A stretch of 63,457 nucleotides of DNA, filler included, from Nitrospinota bacterium (lineage in GTDB: Bacteria; JAUXIQ01), in assembly GCA_030620925.1 (NCBI GenBank). It is 15 parts of 15 records of this genome, joined end to end, with 100 filler letters (N's around TTAATTAATTAA, not from the genome) between each part and the next. Parts side by side here need not be neighbours in the genome. Positions count along the whole stretch, not along the records: positions 56,262 to 60,675 come from JAUXIQ010000219.1; positions 60,776 to 63,457 come from JAUXIQ010000422.1; 13 more parts are not named here. One strand, written 5' to 3'. Of this stretch, positions 58,220-63,457 are shown in pieces. The position numbers and the translations under genes are program-made. The notes under the pieces are model-generated. The model made no database searches. It saw nothing but the letters and a program-made list of their open reading frames with translations, and was not told the origin of the DNA. Position 1 is the stretch's first letter. Every line of letters begins with the position of its first letter.

Positions 58220-59488
58220 TCACTGCTCGTCAAGATCGAAGAGCCGCCGGACTGTTTCCACAATTTCGGCGCTGTTGTCATGGTGGCCCGATTTTTTAAG
58301 CCACACGGTGGGATGGTGTAATATCTTGTTCACTATCGCCGCGGCCATGGCCTCTATGGCCTGCTGTTCTTCCCTGTTCAGGTTCTTCAAGCGGGGCAGC
58401 ACCTTCTCTTTTTCGGCCTTTCCGATGGTTTCCAGTTTTTCCCTCAGCGATACTATGGTGGGCACAACGTCCAGGCTGGCCTGCCATTTTAAAAATTTGT
58501 CCACTTCTTCCTTGAGGATGGATTCCGCCTTCCTGGCCTCGCGCTCCCTCTCCTTAATATTATGTTGTATGACGTTCTCCAGGTCATCTATATCGTACAG
58601 GTAGACGTTATCGAGCTCGTTTACCTCCGGGTCCACATCTCTGGGTACTGCGATATCGATGAAGAAGATGGGCCGGTTTTTCCTGGCCCGGAGTGCATCT
58701 TTGACGTTCTTTTTATTGATTATGTAGTGGGGAGCGCCGGTGGAGCTTATGACTATGTCCGTTCTTATAAGCGCCTCCATGAAATCCTCGAACCTTATGG
58801 CGCTTCCGTCGAGCTCCCGGGCCAGTTCTACGGCCCGGTTGAAGGTCCGGTTTGAGACCACCACAGTCTTCACCCCCTGGGACACCAGGTAGCGCGCCGC
58901 CAGCTCGGCCATTTCCCCCGCCCCCACCAGCATGACCGATTTATCGCGGAGTTCCCCGAATATCTTTTTGGCCAGCTCCACGGCGGCATAACTCACCGAT
59001 ACGGCGCTTTCGGCTATACCCGTATCGCTGCGCACCTTTTTAGCCACGAAGAAGGCCCGCTCGAAAAGCTGGTTGAGTATGGTGCCCGTGCAGTCGTTAC
59101 TCAGCGCTTCGGTGTAGGCGTCCTTGAGCTGACCCAGTATCTGGACCTCGCCGACGATCATGGAGTCCAGGCTGGAAGCTACCCTGAAAGCGTGGTATAT
59201 GCAGTCTGTTTCTCTGTGGCAGTAAAGGTAGTCGTCGATCTCGCTGAGGTTGAGCTGGTGATATGAGGCCATGAATTCCTTGAGCAGAAATTCTCCCTTT
59301 GAAGCCTCCTCAACGTCGGAATAGATTTCCACCCTATTGCAGGTGGAGAGTATGACGTCTTCTTTAACTCCGGAGTGTTCCTTCAGTTGCAGCAGGGGCT
59401 CGTGCAATTTTTTTTCGGGAAATGCAAGCCTTTCCCGGACCTCGATGGGGGCCGTTTTGTGACTGAGACCTACCACCAGCAGCGACAT
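58220..59488 (-). CDS. hemA: Glutamyl-tRNA reductase
   Basis: 'SHKTAP', 'STCNRVE', 'LDSMIVGE.QILGQ', 'GAGEM', 'DIAVPRD'. Confidence 0.98.
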   Translation of the reverse strand: MSLLVVGLSHKTAPIEVRERLAFPEKKLHEPLLQLKEHSGVKEDVILSTCNRVEIYSDVEEASKGEFLLKEFMASYHQLNLSEIDDYLYCHRETDCIYHAFRVASSLDSMIVGEVQILGQLKDAYTEALSNDCTGTILNQLFERAFFVAKKVRSDTGIAESAVSVSYAAVELAKKIFGELRDKSVMLVGAGEMAELAARYLVSQGVKTVVVSNRTFNRAVELARELDGSAIRFEDFMEALIRTDIVISSTGAPHYIINKKNVKDALRARKNRPIFFIDIAVPRDVDPEVNELDNVYLYDIDDLENVIQHNIKEREREARKAESILKEEVDKFLKWQASLDVVPTIVSLREKLETIGKAEKEKVLPRLKNLNREEQQAIEAMAAAIVNKILHHPTVWLKKSGHHDNSAEIVETVRRLFDLDEQ

Positions 59489-59501
59489 AAGATTTAAACC
59501 T

Positions 59502-60332
59502 CTATGGTTTGGGCAGCTTGCCTTCCAGAAACAGGTGCGAACCTTGCATTACCCCTATCAGGGTGATTACCACCGCAGTAAAACCTATGATAGCCAGTAT
59601 GGATGCTTTCCGCCCACGCCAGCCCGCCGTGAGCCGGCCCTGGAGCAATACGGCGTAGATGAGCCAGGTGATGAAGGTCCAAATCTGGATGGGGTCTTCC
59701 CAGTTCCATAAGGCGGCTCCCGAATAGTTGGCCCAGAGGGCGCCGAAGACCATTCCCAGAGTGAGCAAGGGGAACCCGAAGACCAGTCCCCGGTAATTCA
59801 TTTTATCCAGGGCCTCCAATGAAGGCAACTTGTTGTAAAACTTGCCGAATTTCTTTGCTTTAAGCTGGTCTTCCTGGAAGATATATATAATGCCTCCCGC
59901 GAAAATAACCACCAGCGCCATTATGCCCACCACGAAAAACGCTATATGAACGTGGAACAGGAATTTTTCCAGGCCGGGGGAGAGGGGAGGGATTTCTTTT
60001 GAGGGGAAGAGGGCGTATGACATGTCTATGAATATCAGGGTAACCACCAGAGAGCCGAAAGACTTAACTTTCGTCTTGTGTTCCGCTATCAGGTAGATGA
60101 TCACCACGGCCCAGGCCACGAAGGTCGCCTTTTCGTAAACGGTCACAAACGGGAAATAACCGACGCTGTAGCCTTTTCCGATAAGAGCCGCCGAGTGGAA
60201 GATGAACCCGGCGAAGAGGATCAGAGATTTATAGCGGGAGAGTCGCTCGCTTTTCAGAGAGAGGTTTAAAAGGTACGCAATAGTGCATACGAAGTAGAGG
60301 ATAAGGGCAATGATGAAAAAGTCAGCTATCAT
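59502..60332 (-). CDS. Cytochrome c assembly CcsA/HemX-like membrane protein
   Basis: 'LPSLEALDKMNYR', 'GALWA...WNWEDP', 'GWRGRKA'; start MIADFF at 60332. Confidence 0.85.
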   Translation of the reverse strand: MIADFFIIALILYFVCTIAYLLNLSLKSERLSRYKSLILFAGFIFHSAALIGKGYSVGYFPFVTVYEKATFVAWAVVIIYLIAEHKTKVKSFGSLVVTLIFIDMSYALFPSKEIPPLSPGLEKFLFHVHIAFFVVGIMALVVIFAGGIIYIFQEDQLKAKKFGKFYNKLPSLEALDKMNYRGLVFGFPLLTLGMVFGALWANYSGAALWNWEDPIQIWTFITWLIYAVLLQGRLTAGWRGRKASILAIIGFTAVVITLIGVMQGSHLFLEGKLPKP

Positions 60333-60399
60333 AAATTCACCGTGTAAATGAAAATTTTCGCTCCGGTTCGGGAGGGCGCGATCCCGCGCTGGGCGGGGT

Positions 60400-60675
60400 T
60401 CAGCCCAGGTATTCTTCTTTATAGGGCAGGCCGTAACTTTTGAGAATTTTTTCCGCCTCTTCCCGCGCCTTCCCGGTTTCTCCCTTTTCGAGCAGGGACA
60501 GGATATCCGAATCGACCAGTTGCGTGTATAGGGAGGCCCGCTCCTTTTCCTTTTCGATGGAGGTGAAAGCATCCACCCTCAGTTTGCCCAGGAAATCGAG
60601 CAGCAGCGCGTATTCTTGCCCCAGTTGCGCCTCCAGCTCTTTCCTCACCTTCTTGGCCGCGGCGGGGCTGCTTCC
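60400..60675 (-). CDS. Precorrin-2 dehydrogenase/sirohydrochlorin ferrochelatase (SirC/Met8-like), C-terminal fragment
   Basis: 'GSSPAAAKKVRKELE...EYALLLDFLGKLR'; position at head of hem operon. Confidence 0.8.
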   Translation of the reverse strand, partial: GSSPAAAKKVRKELEAQLGQEYALLLDFLGKLRVDAFTSIEKEKERASLYTQLVDSDILSLLEKGETGKAREEAEKILKSYGLPYKEEYLG

Positions 60676-60775
60676 NNNNNNNNNNNNNNNNNNNNNNNNN
60701 NNNNNNNNNNNNNNNNNNNTTAATTAATTAANNNNNNNNNNNNNNNNNNNNNNNNNNNNNNNNNNNNNNNNNNNN

Positions 60776-61613
60776 CGCCTGCCAGCTCTTTGAGCGTTGC
60801 TAGGTTTTTGGCGTGGCCGCCGTCCTTCATGGGAGTTTCCAGGATGAGGGGCAATTCCTTGAAAACAGGGTGATGGAGGATCCGACGGAAGGTCTCCAGA
60901 CCCAGAAAGCCTTCGCCTATATGTTCATGGCGGTCCACCCGGCTGCTCAGCTCCTTTTTGGAATCGTTCATGTGGACCACTTCCAGCCTTTCCAGCCCGA
61001 TTACGCGATCGAACTCCTGCAACGTGCTCTCCAGGCCTTCCTCGCCCCTTATGTCGTAACCGGCTGCGAAGATATGGGCGGTATCCAGGCACACCGCGCA
61101 TCTGTCGCCCTCTTCCAGCAGGTCTAATATTCGGGCCATCTGCTCGAACGTGTGACCCAGCGAAGCGCCCTGCCCCGCGGTTGTCTCCAGGGCAACCTTC
61201 ACCCTGTATCCCTCGGTTTCCTTCAGCGCGACGTTAAGGCTCTCGGAGAATTTTTTTATACCCTCATCTTCTCCCATTCCGCCATGAGAGCCGGGATGCG
61301 CCACGAGGTGAGAAAGCTCCAGCCTTTCCGCACGCTTAAGCTCACCGATAAAAGCGTTTATGGATTTCTTTCTCAGCGCCTCTTCAGGAGATGCCATATT
61401 AATAAGGTAGGAATCGTGGGCCACCACGGGGTCGATCCCCGTCTCTTCCCGGGCTTTCCTGAACAGCTCCACCTCCTCGTCGGTGACCTCCCTCTCTTTC
61501 CATCGCGTGGCGTTCTTGGTGAATATCTGCATGGTCCGGCAACCGATTTCTCCGCCTCGATAGAACGAAAGATGCAGACCGTCCGAGATTGACATATGAG
61601 CTCCCAGCTTCAT
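60776..61613 (-). CDS. nfo: Endonuclease IV (3' end at contig edge)
   Basis: 'LGAHMSI', 'HDSYLIN', 'LETTAGQG', 'CLDTAH', 'HMNDSK...DRHEHIG', 'ILETP'. Confidence 0.97.
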
Positions 61614-61695
61614 GTTTACATTTCCCCTCATCTGCGCGTTTTCTCTCCGCTTGAAACTTATCCCGCATAATAGACCATCCTGAGCCACAAAACGC

Positions 61696-61725
61696 TTGAC
61701 AGCGCACCTGTTCTGGATTTACACT
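61696..61725 (+). promoter_or_regulatory. Putative sigma70 promoter
   Basis: TTGACA-N18-TACACT in the divergent gap. Confidence 0.45.
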
Positions 61726-61773
61726 AGTATAGATAAACAATAGGCACAGGGGGAAAGAAAAGACAACTACTAA

Positions 61774-63279
61774 ATGAAAACCAAAGCCTACCGAATACTA
61801 ATAAACAATGGTAAAAAGCTCCATTGGTCTCATCTCGCCAAAAGTCTTTTTTCCACTGATCAAATCAATCCCCTGCTGGGGGAAAACCTCGTGGATTCCC
61901 TTCTTCTATCCGACGCCAATTTTCAGAAGGATAGGAAAGGTTACTGGAGCGTCAAGGAAAAGGCCGACGAAGCCCATTCGCCCTACCTCGACGAAGCTAC
62001 CTTCACCGTAGTGGACGTTGAGACCACCGGCGGAAGGCCCCCGCTGCACAGGATCATAGAAATAGCAGGGGTGAAGGTAGTGGGTGGCGAAATTACCGAC
62101 CAGTACAATTCCCTGGTGGACCCCGGCCGTTACATCCCGCCTTTCGTAGCCCGATTAACGGGCATCAGCGAAGAGAGCGTGGCCGCCATGCCTCCGGCGG
62201 AAGAGGTAATGGCCGATTTTCTGAAATTTCTCGGAGATTCCATCTTCGTAGCCCACAACGCGGCGTTCGATCTCGCCTTCGTGAATCACGAGCTGCAGAA
62301 CCTGGAAATGGAGACCATGCAGAACCGCGTCCTGTGCACTCAAATACTGGCGAAAAAGCTGATGCCGGAGCTGGAAAAATACTCGCTCGATGCCCTTTCC
62401 GCCTCGCTGGGTATCCCCATAGAGGGAAGGCACCGCGCCCTGGGAGACGCCACCGCAACCGCGCACATTTTCCTCTCCCTGCTCAGAAGGGCCTCGCTCA
62501 AAGGCATCGAAAGCGTGCAGGATTTGCAGCAGTTGCAGAACGGCGGCTCGGGCATAAACCTCTACCACATGGAGGACGAGTGGCCCCTGTTCGCCGACCT
62601 GCCGCAGCGTCCCGGCGTATACATGATGAAAGACCGCAGCAGAAAATTGCTCTACGTAGGCAAGGCGAAAAATATCAAGGAGCGGGTGAAAGCGCACTTT
62701 TACAACCGCAACCGGGTGTCCACCAGAATGGTCAAGATGCTGGAGAAGGTTAAAAAGATAAAATATAAACTCACCGATACTGAATTGAGCGCCATTCTCC
62801 TGGAATCCGAGTTGATCAAAAAGCTGCAACCCAGGTATAACGTTGACGGACGCTACTCCAGGTCTTATCCCTTCCTCAAGGTCAACGTGAATAATCCTTA
62901 CCCCCGCGTTTACGCGGTGAAAGAAGTCTTGCCCGACGGCGCTCTTTATTTCGGGCCTTATAAGAACAAGAACCACGCAAAAATCATCGGGGAAGCCCTG
63001 AACGACCTGTTCAAGCTGCGCCGCTGCCGAACCGGCATAGAGAGTATAGAGAGCAATGGTCAAAAAGAACCTTGTTCCTATTACGATATGAAAAAATGCG
63101 CCAGCCCCTGTTCAGGCAAGACATCTCAGGCACAATACGGACGAGCCGTTCAGCGGGCACTCAAAACACTATCGAAAGAGAACGGCAAGCTGTTGCGAGA
63201 GCTGAACGCACGACACGCGGAAATAAACGAAGAGCTCAAGCCGCCAAAGGCTGCAGAACCTAAATCAAAAGACAAATAG
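61774..63279 (+). CDS. DEDDh exonuclease (DnaQ-like) fused to UvrC/Cho-like GIY-YIG nuclease
   Basis: 'VVDVETTG', 'HNAAFD', 'HRALGDA'; 'PGVYMM...LYVGKAKN'; Cys cluster 'C...C......CASPC'; frame stays open after TAG. Confidence 0.9.
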   Translation: MKTKAYRILINNGKKLHWSHLAKSLFSTDQINPLLGENLVDSLLLSDANFQKDRKGYWSVKEKADEAHSPYLDEATFTVVDVETTGGRPPLHRIIEIAGVKVVGGEITDQYNSLVDPGRYIPPFVARLTGISEESVAAMPPAEEVMADFLKFLGDSIFVAHNAAFDLAFVNHELQNLEMETMQNRVLCTQILAKKLMPELEKYSLDALSASLGIPIEGRHRALGDATATAHIFLSLLRRASLKGIESVQDLQQLQNGGSGINLYHMEDEWPLFADLPQRPGVYMMKDRSRKLLYVGKAKNIKERVKAHFYNRNRVSTRMVKMLEKVKKIKYKLTDTELSAILLESELIKKLQPRYNVDGRYSRSYPFLKVNVNNPYPRVYAVKEVLPDGALYFGPYKNKNHAKIIGEALNDLFKLRRCRTGIESIESNGQKEPCSYYDMKKCASPCSGKTSQAQYGRAVQRALKTLSKENGKLLRELNARHAEINEELKPPKAAEPKSKDK

Positions 63280-63457
63280 CTGCCGAAAGCTTTCGCTCCC
63301 GGCGGCATAGGGAGCACCCCCATTCACCTTCTGGACATAATCATTGCCATACCCGGAACGTTTCAGGGAGAGGTGGATCTCTTTTTCATCCGCAGGGGTG
63401 AGCTGCAAGAGAGATTCACTAGCGATGTCAGCGATTTGCAGGGGGACGAAGTGATGA

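Noticed and set aside
56262..60675. ccsA-like gene inside the heme operon as a novelty
   Set aside because: sirC-ccsA-hemA-hemC-cobA/hemD is a common arrangement.
7134..60775. Recurrent TTAATTAATTAA palindrome between N-runs
   Set aside because: Artificial six-frame-stop contig linker; ORFs running into X residues and gene adjacencies across linkers are artefacts.

Overview
The window is not one locus. It is 15 contig fragments joined by 14 artificial 100-nt linkers (N-run, TTAATTAATTAA, N-run), probably from a metagenome-assembled genome, so gene neighbourhood is meaningful only within a fragment. The host looks like a selenocysteine-using, cytochrome-c-rich bacterium (Deltaproteobacteria/Nitrospinota-like gene content; taxonomy cannot be fixed from this window). 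Contents in order: (1) a tailed-phage head module (terminase, portal, scaffold, N4-gp56-like capsid, decoration protein, C2H2-finger protein, adaptor, tail protein) whose intergenic gaps carry host-type palindromic repeats and a heavily structured RNA leader; (2) argC'-argJ, rpsB-tsf'; (3) response regulators, larE, an atypical crotonase; (4) a GldA/F/G-like ABC system plus a DUF4340-repeat protein and a mosaic of repeats; (5) a two-component system; (6) MBL hydrolase, FimV-like, kinase-BON and selD with in-frame UGA and SECIS; (7) SucD-like', ferredoxin, acyl-CoA dehydrogenase, GGT; (8) Lon-like protease, MFS; (9) mtaB'-DUF62, AsmA-like; (10) alternative complex III actB'CD'; (11) a second Qrc/ACIII-like operon followed by 12 c-type heme motifs, tRNA-Asp, proS'; (12) LipS1-like radical SAM, TusA, MoeB, NIL, Rrf2; (13) MFS', MBL, PanE-like and a hidden OsmC-family selenoprotein; (14) sirC'-ccsA-hemA-hemC-cobA/hemD'; (15) nfo and a DEDDh-GIY-YIG nuclease whose frame stays open past a TAG. 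Best leads: a possibly domesticated (GTA-like or tail-reduced) capsid module with a switch-like RNA, a LipS1 plus sulfur-relay operon, the UGA-recoded OsmC, and the heme-rich Qrc-like complex. All family calls come from motif recognition by eye; no searches were run.
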